From assembly GCA_963924565.1 (NCBI GenBank), contig OZ004610.1, positions 3,286,001-3,350,000 of the forward strand: 64,000 bases of DNA, read 5' to 3'. A program made the translations under genes and the position numbers. The stretch's first letter is position 1, and the number at the start of each line of letters is the position of its first letter. The stretch comes from Ascidiella aspersa. Its lineage: Eukaryota. The notes beneath the pieces were generated by a model. The model saw only the letters and a list, made by a program, of their open reading frames with translations. It was not told where the DNA came from and made no database searches. Positions 1 through 15,724 of this stretch are shown here, piece by piece.

Positions 1-570
1 TCGGTACGGTACCATTCGGTATTTAGTGATTCTCCTATGAGTTCTATTGGGTTCATTTGGATTCCATTGAGTTCCATTTGGTACCATTCGGTATAGTGAT
101 TCACCTATAAGTTGTATTGGGTTCCATTGGATTTTATTGGGTTCCACTCGGTACCATTCGATACCATTCGGTCCCATTCGGTATTAAGTACGGAAATTCT
201 TCCTCCATTGGGGTCCATTCGGTATTTCGTGATTATTCTACGAGTTACAATGGGTTATATTGGGTTTCATTGGGTTTCATTCGGTACCATGTTCATTGCA
301 ACCCTCCTTAGGCCTCATACGTTTTAAAATACTCTCATGCGACAAGATATGCTTCAGTGTAAAATTAAATCAGATTTAGGAGTAAAACAGACGTTTAGTT
401 TGGTTGGCATTCTTTAGCATTCGATCCCACCATTCGGTGCTATTCGGTACCATTCGGTGCCATGCGGTGCCATTCGGTGCCATTCGGTACCATTCGGTAC
501 CATTCGGTACCATTCGGTACCATTCGGTACCATTCGGTACCATTCGGTACCATTCGGTATTTAGTACCAC
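1..570. repeat. 10-bp tandem repeat (CCATTCGGTA)n, degenerate at 1-290 and near-perfect at ~430-560
   Basis: Directly visible; produces the spurious repetitive ORFs (FGTIRYHSVP / NGTEWYRMVP). Similarity to the duplication unit only starts at ~574, so this is probably the end of an inserted repeat element. Confidence 0.9.
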
Positions 571-2794
571 CCCTTCAAGCGGACTGTATTAGAACAGGAT
601 ACAGGCGAACAACGAATGCGCAGACTAATCATCCATAACGAAACGTTGCCAAGCGATGCAGACTACAGTTTTTTTTATCTTGTACAGTTTTGGATATTAT
701 AAATGCGGAAATGTTTATAACTGTACCAAGTTAATGCGATGTTTATAATTTTACCATAAATAGCAGGTTAAAGACTTTTATTGTTGCTGAAGCCTACCTC
801 AGCGAACATTATTTGGGTTAGGGTGCGGGTTAGCGTTTCGGTTTGGGTAGGAAAAGCAATATTATTAAATAATAATACTTAATTAAACCACCCTCACCCC
901 AGTCTGGAAAGTATGACAGATCACGCGGGTGCACGGCCGAAAAAAATCGGGTAACCGCGTAACCGGGTTCAACAAAGTTAAAAAAGTGCATCTTTCGTCT
1001 GCTTTCAAATTTCCGGACTTCCACGTTATGATTTTCTCATGCACTCTGTATTGCATACATTGCGCTGTAAACGTATAAATAGGGGTGCACGAACGTTTTA
1101 CATGTTTAGGGTGCAGTTCAGATTTTTTTTCGGGGTGCACTTTTGAAAGGTTGAAAAAAACTCGCAGGTGCGCTTCCCATACTTTCCACAGTGGCCCTTA
1201 CCCAAAAAGTAACCAACACCCTGACGCAAATATTGTACCTTGCTGTAATAATTGTTTCAACACTGTGGTAGGACTATACCAGGGCCAAGACTTTTATTGT
1301 TGCTAAAGCTAATAATTCTGTTTCTGGCTATTGACTTCCATCCAAAGTGTTATTAGTTAAAAGACAATATTATTTACATTTACAATGCTAGAAAATAATA
1401 GTTGCAGCTAATTTACTTCATTATAATAAACTTAGTTAGCAAAATTTATGCCAAGGCATATTAAATTAGATAAGATGACCTTTGATTTGCAACTGTATTT
1501 TCTAAAATTTTGTCACCATTATAATGTAAATTAAGTCCTCAACAAATAGTTAATAGGTAATCGTAATATACATATTTGAAATATTATAAATTAAAAGTAA
1601 AGCCCATATTTTGGTGTTAAATTTAACTATGACAATTGGCTATTGTTATGGTGCATATTGCACCTAGTTTGCATTCTGTGGCAGATGCATACCAAATATT
1701 TTTAAAGCAGTTTGTGTGCACACCTCAATAACTAAATTGCACACTTCAGAAAAGGTTGAGTTGTGGTAGGATTTAGAACTTCAGTTATGCCAAAATATGT
1801 CTGCACATCTGGAAATTTGGTGATGTACATCAGATATCTGTGCATCGCTCATTCTTTGAACCACATCTTAGCGTGAATTTCATTTTTGTGGCATATAAAT
1901 CTTAAGGTCTGAAAATATGTTACTTCCTTCTGTTCATGGTGGTCTGAAGGCATACATCCAAACTAATAAAAACTCATGAATATTATGAGTTGTAAAAGTG
2001 ATGTAGTGGTCTCAAGTTGATAAAACATAGCTGCTGCATAAGGTTGTGAAGTTGTAAGAGATAGTGCCCGATAAATTTAAATCGCTTATATATGTTTCAT
2101 GTTTCACTACCTTAGTTGAACTTAATTTTTAACATTTTTGCATTGTTATCTTTCTTCATTAAGGTCATGTACAAGTCATGATTTTAAATAAAATTTTGAA
2201 CTTAAGTTGTTTAATATCTGTAGAAGCCATTTTGTCATATTGTGTTTACACAGAGAATTTTTGTTTTAATCGATGTGTCGTAACGGAAAATTTTCAGTAA
2301 AAATCTATGGCCTAAATTCTTTGTAACCATATTCTAATGTTTACGTTACTCCTTGCAGCCAATGTGCAAACGATAAGCGGAAAGTTTTCGGTAAAATTCC
2401 GTTACGTAGATTTCTTGCAACCACATAATATTTGCAGCGAATTTGCAAAATTCAAATCGTTGACACCAATTTTTATGCGTCAAGTTATTTACATCCGTTT
2501 TTTTTGTATATGTTTCAAAACACCGCGGTCTGAACATTAGTCGGTTTCCCCGGTTGTGTGATTTTAAACTGTTGACATTTTAACTGCAGACAGAGGCTGT
2601 TTCGCAATCGCATTTTGACGTAAAATTTGTATGTTTCGCGTCAGAAATAAGTGTGAAAAAGGTTTAAACCACGCCTTGTTATCACGTGATATTTTGTTAA
2701 GTATTATAAGAATTAATGACGTAAATCTTTTCTTTATCGCAGAAATTTTCTTAACTGATTCTCGTCTATAAATAGCGTGTTCAATCAATATAAA

Positions 2795-3734
2795 ATGGCT
2801 TATATAGCTACTACTCAGACAGCAAACTCGGGTGCTTTTGTGACTGAACCAGATAGAGGCTACTCACCCGAACCGCAGCAAGCGGACAGAACAGGGTTTG
2901 TACGCCGAGAACCAGAGTTCTCGCCAATCAGTTCTGCAAGCTCAGATTCAAGCAGAAATTCTCCTGTCCAGAAGGTACGTAAACCCTTCGTTAATCTTGA
3001 TAGACTTCAAGCATCTACTTCAGCAGCTGCTAATCATACAGCGAAAATACAATTGAGCAAGCCATCTCGAGGTCCAAGAACTCCACCTTTGATTAGACGA
3101 ATTTCAGGATCCAGATCGCCCATAAGATCTAGATCACCATCAAGCAGAAGATCACAATCAAGCAGAAGATCACCACCAATAAGAAGATATCCATCGGAAA
3201 GAAGAAACAATTACAGAAGAAATAGCCACGAACGTTCCCCGGAATCCGAAGATTCTTACGAACTGTATCTCCCGCCAGCTCCAAGACCTTCGTGGCGAAT
3301 CCACGTCCCGTTTAGTGCAGGCACATCAAGAGAGCAAATTGCTTCCGATCGGCTACTTGAAAATCAGGAATCTTGCCCTTTTGTCGATTCTTATTTCAAA
3401 GCTCGTGCAGTAACTACCCAACAAATCAGACTTCAAAACGGTTCTTTTGAGGCCATTATCAAGAGGACGGCCTTTGACCATTTTGCTATTCCTAGCATCA
3501 GAGAATTCCGGCATATCAGCAATATAGACAATCTTGGAATTGTGGCTGTGCATTCTCTGCAAGCCAACAACGAACCAGGAGACGTGTTCGTGTGGCGATC
3601 AAGTCATACTCCAACATCTATTGAAGGCAAGGTCTTAACAGAGACGTTCTTGGCATTAAGAATATTCCTTAGTGTTCCATTACGTCTTGTAACAAGTCTT
3701 GTTACTTCAAATTGGCGCGACCCGAGTGAGGAAC
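2795..3734 (+). CDS. Intronless ORF of unknown function inside the long-TIR element; Ser/Arg-rich N-half and a globular-looking C-half; runs into the gap
   Basis: More than 310 open codons from ATG 2795 (MAYIATTQ...); RSRSPSSRRS-type tract; TATAAATA at 2767; the same N-terminus is mirrored on the minus strand from 3925. Confidence 0.65.
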
Positions 3735-3834
3735 NNNNNNNNNNNNNNNNNNNNNNNNNNNNNNNNNNNNNNNNNNNNNNNNNNNNNNNNNNNNNNNNNN
3801 NNNNNNNNNNNNNNNNNNNNNNNNNNNNNNNNNN
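3735..3834. other. Assembly gap (100 N)
   Basis: Run of exactly 100 N, typical of a placeholder gap of unknown size. Confidence 0.99.
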
Positions 3835-6800
3835 CCGCTTGCTGCGGTTCGGGTGAGTAGCCTCTATCTGGTTCAGTCACAAAAGCACCCGAGTTTGCTG
3901 TCTGAGTAGTAGCTATATAAGCCATTTTATATTGATTGAACACGCTATTTATAGACGAGAATCAGTTAAGAAAATTTCTGCGATAAAGAAAAGATTTACG
4001 TCATTAATTCTTATAATACTTAACAAAATATCACGTGATAACAAGGCGTGGTTTAAACCTTTTTCACACTTATTTCTGACGCGAAACATACAAATTTTAC
4101 GTCAAAATGCGATTGCGAAACAGCCTCTGTCTGCAGTTAAAATGTCAACAGTTTAAAATCACACAACCGGGGAAACCGACTAATGTTCAGACCGCGGTGT
4201 TTTGAAACATATACAAAAAAACGGATGTAAATAACTTGACGCATAAAAATTGGTGTCAACGATTTGAATTTTGCAAATTCGCTGCAAATATTATGTGGTT
4301 GCAAGAAATCTACGTAACGGAATTTTACCGAAAACTTTCCGCTTATCGTTTGCACATTGGCTGCAAGGAGTAACGTAAACATTAGAATATGGTTACAAAG
4401 AATTTAGGCCATAGATTTTTACTGAAAATTTTCCGTTACGACACATCGATTAAAACAAAAATTCTCTGTGTAAACACAATATGACAAAATGGCTTCTACA
4501 TATCAATAGCTGCTTTAAGTTTATTATTACATAATTCGATTACATATTATCATGCCTGGCCAAAGTAATTTATATTTTTGTTTTTCATTATTAAAAAGGT
4601 TTTTATTTCCTGAAATAGCATTTTATATACAGATAATTCCTAGATCTAATATTTCAGTCAACCCCAAAAATGAAAGATTTGTAAGGTGAAAGTGCAAGTA
4701 AAAAGATGTCCCTGGAAGTGTTAAGTAACCTTTAAATCATTGGTAAAGCTCTCTGCATCAAGTCTACACCAATTTTGCCAAGAAACAGCTTCAGTTTCAA
4801 TCCCCACTAACAAACCTTTGTTTAAGAAAGTCAGAGTAAAGGTAATTTCCATTTTGTGTTGTACATTCAAAAACATTAATGTATACCAGCACTTCCCAAC
4901 CCGTTGCCGATGGTTTCCAGGTACCGAACTCGAAAATGTTTTTTTCAATAATCTTTTACAACGGCTTAGCTAATTGAGTCCGCAGTTATTGAAATATATA
5001 ACAACTACAAGGCTATTTAACAAAAACGTGCAAGTAGTTCAGGAGAAATATTGGTGTACCTAACATTTTTAGTATTGTCTAGTGTCGACAAACGAGTCCA
5101 ATCATCTAACGAGGAGAAACAACTAGCGATGAACTCGTGGAGCGTATTTGCAAAAAATCATACAGATATGAAGAAGTGGACAAACATTGAAATGTGTAAT
5201 TATTCTAGACCGGTGGTTACTGTATATTTACCCCGCATCATTTCACAGAATCGTTCGTGATCGCCGCTTAAAACTGCACATAGTAAAATAAACAGATTTG
5301 AAAAATCATATCCAAAATCGCGCCATTGATTGAATCATAGTTCTAACAGGCCGTCTAAAATACCCGGAATGCGATATTTTATTGAAAGATTTTATGGACT
5401 ACGTATACTACATTTATTACGCACCACATTGTGCAATTTTGGAAAAAAATATAAATAGTTTCCTGCTTTATTACACTCTGATTATGGTTTTGTGCCTGGT
5501 TTTTAGCTATTTTCAATTAGTGCTTTAACTGTGAGTTTAATAAAATAAAAACCAACGGTTATGTGTTCCAGTGTTGGTTGACTACAAAAACTAAGCCTAC
5601 TTACAAATAACAGTATTATTGTTAGCTGGTTTTTACACATACATTTTGCGTTTCGTCCTTAGTACTAAAAAAGAGGCCGAACGCTGTATTAAAATAAATA
5701 ATTTTATTAATTACTACATTCAAATTATGTCCGTGTTGGGACGTTCCTTGTTTTATGATTGACGATTAAAAATCAAGCAATATATCCACCGCACAACGCA
5801 GTAAATTAAATACGTGATTTGAGCACACATATTTGTAGTGGTTTAGCGTGCTATCTATTGATTCGAACTATATTTGCCCCTATGGCTTCGTTGTATCCCA
5901 TAGGACTCCAATGGTCCAGCCACAAGATCGAAATGAGAGCAACATCGATGTCGAAATATCACACATTTCGGAATAAGACTAAAATGGGACTAGGACCTAA
6001 TACTCGTAATAACGTATAAACGAAATATGTCCTAAATACGTCTGAATAAGACTTAACTTGCAAGAACCAAGCCTATACAAAATTTCACCTAACCCCGCCC
6101 CTAAGTACATCACAAACCCTTCTAATAATTTTAACTCTAAAATAATTTTCTAACCCTAAACAGGGCCAAAAAATCGATGTCAAAACAGCGAAGCCTTAAC
6201 GGCACCGTTCCATCTAGGGTGCCCAAGCGTCGACACCAAAACGGCCGATGGCCCCTGTTCGTCCCATACCCTCTCCCTTCAGTTTCATACGTTATTTTGG
6301 CCATTAAACGCCCTGTTTCGATGAATTTAGGACTTTTTCCGGCGGGTATGTGTCTTATTCAGGCGATTTAGATGTTATTCTGTCGTGGGTATTAGGCCTA
6401 TTGCGTATTTGGCTTTATTATGTCGTTGGTCTTCATACTATGGTATTATAGATTTTTCTGCTTAATGTATTTTTGCTTTGTAGTTATTATTGTATGTTTC
6501 CATCTGATTCCTATGAAAACTGTCCTAAATGGTGCCAAGGTGTAATGACTGTTAGCGATGGATACAATCGTGTTTATACTTTTAATAGCTTGCGTTACTA
6601 CATGTTGGTCACCTCGGACAAAATTCCGACGTCAACCTGGTTTTAAAATGGCCATATTTTAAAAAAAAATCCATCTCTTTTAGGTTTTAATACTGTTAGC
6701 AATGCTGCATTGAGGCATTGTTTTAACTACGTGTGACGAAACGAAACTAAACAATTATAGTTTGTTCAATGAGAACATGTTATTGACTTGCGTCTAAAAA

Positions 6801-7009
6801 TATTGCTATTCACAATATTTGTCAAAAGTTAAAATGCTTAGTATTAATGCACATTTCAACATACTAAACCATGCATGTTAAAGATTTTCATCCTGGCAGC
6901 TGCACAGCCGACAATTTTCTGCGAGAGCCTGTGGTTTTTTTAATGCTCATATATACGTCTTAAGTATACCGGTACTCAAAGTGTACTTCAGTTAAAAATG
7001 AGCAACTTT

Positions 7010-7470
7010 TACATTTGTAGAAGATATAAACACAATGATACTTGTACAAAAACTGTTTGTTTACATTTCGTACTTTGTCCGTAATTTTAATTTTGCGCTG
7101 ACCGTTGCAAAGCTGACTTTTTCCAGGTTCGTACCTTTTAAATGCCTATGATGCGCGCTAAGTACCAACGAGTTTTTTAAGTTGGAAAATTAAAACTTAA
7201 ACATTTGTGAAAGACATAAAAACTGAGATTGTTGGTAAAACAACTGTTCGTTTAACTCTTTTCGTTTGACAGTAATTTGACTGCGCGTTAAAGGTCGCAA
7301 AGCTGATTTTTCGCACATCTTCGTGCCTTATAAATTCTTATGATGCGCGCTTATTACAGAACAATTTTTCAAGTTCGAAAATTAAAACTTACACATTTGT
7401 GAAAGAAATAAAAACTGAGATGTTTGGTAAAACAACTGTTCGTTTAACTCTTTTGATTTGACAGTAATTG
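7010..7470. repeat. ~192-bp tandem repeat, about 2.5 copies
   Basis: AAAACAACTGTTCGTTTAACTC recurs at 7237 and 7429. Confidence 0.8.
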
Positions 7471-7975
7471 CTATTTATTGCAAGCGAATCGTGGCTGGTT
7501 TGCGACGCAAATTGAATTAAGCCTTTTCGAAGCGGGTGAGTTACTCATTCGCGTTTCATAAAATGGCTTTTAATGGTATCCTTTTTTAAGCGAAATATTG
7601 CCATAAGAAACAGGATATTGGACATAAAATGCCCGGAATAGTACTAAAACACCGCTTATAATTTGGTTATTTATAGCTTCCATTTACAATTGCTGGAATT
7701 GCATCAATTTATAATCCTATGGAAATCGTGTCAACTTTATAGAAGCACCTACTCAAATATAGGTTGATGTGCAACTTATCAGTCACTTGCAAGGCAGGAC
7801 AAACTGAGTATCGGTGATTTCAGTTGTATTTAAGAGCTTAAAGAGCGAAAAGGGAAAGAAACAATAAAACGATAGGAAGACCGCAAAATCTCCGTCGGGT
7901 TTAGGTTAAGTGAGAAGTGGTTTACTTGTTTAAACAAAGGCAAGGAAAATGATTTGTTGTTTTGTTGCTGACGTT

Positions 7976-11850
<3,875 letters not shown>

Positions 11851-11899
11851 TATTCTGAATTAGTAAATCGAAGATTTTCAAGCAAATTTGCGCAGAGGA

Positions 11900-12100
11900 A
11901 CGAGACACAGCTTTACGATGTGACTTCACCACTGAATGTGCGGAAAACTCGCGAGTGTTTGTCTGATGTGTCCGGGCGACTATGACGTAATAGTAAACAG
12001 TGTTGTTTCGGCCCTGATTGAACAAGATTTAGGTAACTAAGGCTTTTGATTGGTTGTTATTTGTTCTAAATTAGATAATGATATTGGTTGGAAATTATTT
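11900..12100 (-). promoter_or_regulatory. Putative promoter of alpha-tubulin A (shared by B and C)
   Basis: Inr-like TTCAGT at ~11931-11936, CRE-like TGACGTAA at ~11983, CCAAT boxes at ~12050 and ~12085, immediately upstream of the ATG exon. Confidence 0.45.
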
Positions 12101-12981
12101 GAACGTCACGCAAGTTTTATTTGTTTTTCGGGTAATGCGCGTTTGGAAAGACCTTATTTATCATTCCTGGGGTTTTAGGGTTACATATATAACAAATAAT
12201 TTGATTTGCCATTTGTCAAATGTTGCAAATAATACCATTAGTTGATAATCACGTTTCGTTTGAAGCTATTTAGTTATGAAATCTGTTAAGTTATGTGGAA
12301 ATAACTAACTCTATATAACTGTTGAGTATACCTTGTGTAGTTAAGTGACCAATAATAACCCACAATTAGCATGTTCCAAAATTGCGCCTGGGGTTTAACT
12401 TATCAAACATAACCCTTGCACATTTCTTGTCCTCTTACTTGTATCTATTTCTATTCACAGATATGGTTTAAGACTTCGGAGTTGTGCCTAGACTTGATTA
12501 CTGAATGTAGATTTCAAAATTGGATATATTAAAATATTTCAGACTGTGCCCTGAGTTGCGAGCTTTAGAGATGAAAATACAGGACGAAAAACAGTTAAAC
12601 CTGATAATAAAGTTACCAGGTTTTGTTAACAGGTGACGGCTTTTATAACATGCAATCAATTTGATTGTTATTAAAATTTCGTCAAATTTACTTAAAGGGG
12701 CAGGGTACCATTCAATTTCCTACAGGACAGGTTATAACAAAATCTATAAGTCAAAATAGGTTGTAGCACAAAAGGCTTTTGTAGGGCTGTCTGTGTTTTA
12801 TCCTTAAGTACAAGTAAGCCAATATTACAAACAAGCTGTGATGGAAATCAAAGGGTAAACCTACTTTACGGCAATAAAATAATAGTGTCAAAACGCAACT
12901 GGAGACCATTATTAGCGGTTTATTGGATCAACATTGCAAATATGAAATAACAGTAAAACATCTTGTCAGGTAGCTATCAAT

Positions 12982-15724
12982 CATCATCATTCAGTGCCAT
13001 GCCTGAACCAGGCTTCGGCTGCCATGAAACACTGTTTTCTCCATATGTTACTATTTCTTGCTAATTCAAAAATATTCTCTGCTTTGATGTTCAAAAAGTC
13101 CCTCAGTTGATTTATAAGCATTTTTCTTTGTCGTCCAGGTGCACGATTTCCACATATTTTGCCACACGAAATTATGAATTCTTGTTTTTGGTGTCTGGTT
13201 ATATGGCCGAAAAACTTGAGTTGTCTAAGTTTTATAGTGCTTAACAGTGATCTCTGTTGATTGGTCTGAATCAGTACCTCTTGATTGGTTTTATGGGACG
13301 TAAAAGATATACGCTGCATTTTCCTCAGGAACCACATCTCAGCGGCACTCAGGTTGTCAATCAGTTCCTTTGTGAAAGTCCAACTTTCACACCCGTAGAG
13401 AAGAACAGGCCACACATAACTTTTAAGAACTCTCACACGGGTATTTACATTTAATTTTTTGTTTGTCAAAATTGACTTGAGATTTATAAAGCAATTTTTT
13501 GCCTGTGCAATTCTGGCTTTAATTTCAGATTTGGACCGACCATCATCTGTAAGTATACAACCAAGGTATCTAAATCTTCGGGTTTGTTTAATTGGTTTAT
13601 CTGAAACTAGTATATTACATTTGTTCACACCTGCTACTTTGGCAATTACCATATATTCTGTTTTATCTTCATTTAAAGCCATTTCCATTTTCACACTTTC
13701 TTCTTCCACTGTTGTTACCATATTTTGAAGCTCCTTCTCGGATGTTGCAATAAGTACCGTATCATCAGCGTACCGAATATTGTTGATGTTTACACCACCA
13801 ACTTTGATCCCTTCTAAGTCAGCTATGCTTCTTAAGATGATTTCGCTATATAAATTGAAAAGGTCTGGAGATAACACACATCCCTGTCGGACACCCTTTT
13901 CTATGGTAATAACTTCGGTTTCGGAGTCTCCCACGCGCACCACTGCATGTTGGTTGTAGTACAGGTTTTGAATGATTCTTAGATCCTTGTCATCAATGTT
14001 GATGTTTTTTAGCATCTGTAGCATCTGCGCATGATTGACCCGATCCAAAGCTTTCCTGTAGTCAAGAAAGCAAACATAAAGTTTTTGTTGCATTTCGATT
14101 GCTCTTTCGCTGAGTATTCTCATCACGTATATCGCATTTCGTGTCCCTTTGTCAGTCATAAACCCATATTGTTCTTCTGCAATTTCTGCATTAATTTTGT
14201 TTTTCATTCGATTCATACATATTCTTAGCAGTAATTTAACAATATGGCTCATAAGGCTTATTGTCCTATAATCTTTGCACTCGATTGCTCCTGCTTTTTT
14301 TGGCAGTGCGACAAAAATCGACTTCCGCATGTCTTGAGGAATTTGACCAGTGTTGTAAATGCTATTTATAAGAAGTAGAAGTAAATTGATTCCAATGTCA
14401 TCCAAAGCCTTCAACACTTCTATTGGAATTTCATCAGGACCAACCGCCTTTCCATTTTTCATGCTAGCCAGGGCTTTCTCAACCTCACATTTCATTACTT
14501 CTGGCCCAGTTAGTGGTTCTTTAAACATAATTGGTGGGGCGTTTCTTGTTGGATCACTGTACAGTTCCTGGGTGTATTCTCGCCAACGATTTTTAATTTC
14601 CTCTTTTTGAAACAAGATCTTTCCGGTTTTACTCTTCACGCAGCCCGATTTTATCCAGTTTTCCTTCTTTCCATTGAGCTGATTAATTTTTTGGTGAGCT
14701 TCTTTCGCGCTGATATTAAAAAGCTTATCTACCTCTTGACATTTTTGATTTAGAAATTCTTCATAAGCAGAGTTGCACTTTAATTTAATACACCTATCTA
14801 ATTCCTTGTACTTCTTAAGATTTCTTTTGGTTCTGCGCCTTTTTTCCAGTAAACCTCTTATTTCATCTGTCATCCAGCTTTGCAAGTTCTCTCTCTGGAC
14901 TTTCGGAAGGTTGTTTTCCATTAATATTCTCAGTGACGTTTTGATTTCCTGGAATATGTCTTCTGGCCAACTCTGTTTTTTGTCATGCAGGTTTTTCAGT
15001 GCATTACCCATTTCATGTTTCAGTACTTCCTGTATTTTTGCATTTTGACAGGCGGCAACATTGTATTGCAGTTTTCTTACCGGTTTTCGACAAATCTTTA
15101 GTTTGGTATAGATATTTGCGACAACAGGTACATGGTCGCTCGAGCAGTCAGCACTTGGATAAGTCTTTGCATTTAAAACACTATTCCTGAAGCGCCTTGA
15201 AAGAGTATGAAACCAACGCCACGCTCATGCTTGCTTCCTCCAGACCATATGATTTTAAATCCTTGTTTAGTAATTTCGCCTTGGTCTGTCCATCTCATTT
15301 CAGATATGCCAAGAATATCAATTTTTAACCTCTTCATCTCCAAAATCACATTTTCCACTTTTCCTTTCTGATGCATGGTTCGTACATTCCATGTTGCAAT
15401 CCTTTTTAACTTTGATTGGTTTCGACGAGTAGCTGAATGACGATCGGGTATGACCTGACGAACATCATGATCCCTACCGAGCGAGATAACTGCTCCTGAC
15501 TGGAGTTGGTTACCGTTAACGCTGTTTTCGTTTAATTTTTTTCTATCAGTGTTCATTCATGTTGACTAGGCAAAGAATTACAAGGATGGTTTGCCATTGC
15601 CTTTCCTTGCCGACCCCTGCATTTAGCCAGCCTAACTGTTTCCGTCCGACACCACGAGGAGGTATGCAGTAGGACTTGGGAGTGTTTTCTACGAGAACAA
15701 ACAACCCCCCATTTTTTGACGGAC
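12982..15724 (-). mobile_element. RTE-clade non-LTR retrotransposon (APE endonuclease + RT), near full length with an internal deletion in the endonuclease
   Basis: RT motifs GVRQGCVLSP and NIRYADDTVL; APE motifs IATWNVRTM, DILGISEMRW, SDH; (ATG)n 3' tail; 10-bp TSD AGCTATCAAT at 12972-12981 and 15725-15734; empty site at ~25906. Confidence 0.93.
12987..15556 (-). pseudogene. RTE ORF: APE N-terminus (15173-15556) frameshifted from the APE C-terminus plus RT (12987-~15200)
   Basis: GVGFIL is followed directly, in another frame, by FRNSVLNAKTYPSADCSSDHVPV, which is in frame with the 674-aa RT ORF; the central APE motifs are missing. Confidence 0.85.

Larger units (their letters stand above)
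2219..4500. mobile_element. Insertion with very long terminal inverted repeats (>=667 bp), TGT...ACA ends and 4-bp TSD TATC; interior hidden by an N gap (Ginger-like or other integrase-type DNA element)
   Basis: 2219-2885 is the reverse complement of 3835-4500 (about one indel). Flanks are TATC at 2215-2218 and 4501-4504. The empty site TTAATATCAATAGC is present in the paralogous units (~30743, ~46731). Confidence 0.85.

Noticed and set aside
112-592. Short ORFs with repeating peptides, and a CRISPR-like appearance
   Set aside because: Translation of a 10-bp tandem repeat with no unique spacers; eukaryotic context.
2219-4500. Standard LTR retrotransposon or DIRS element
   Set aside because: The repeats are inverted, not direct, and a TSD is present, which DIRS elements lack; no gag/pol motifs visible.
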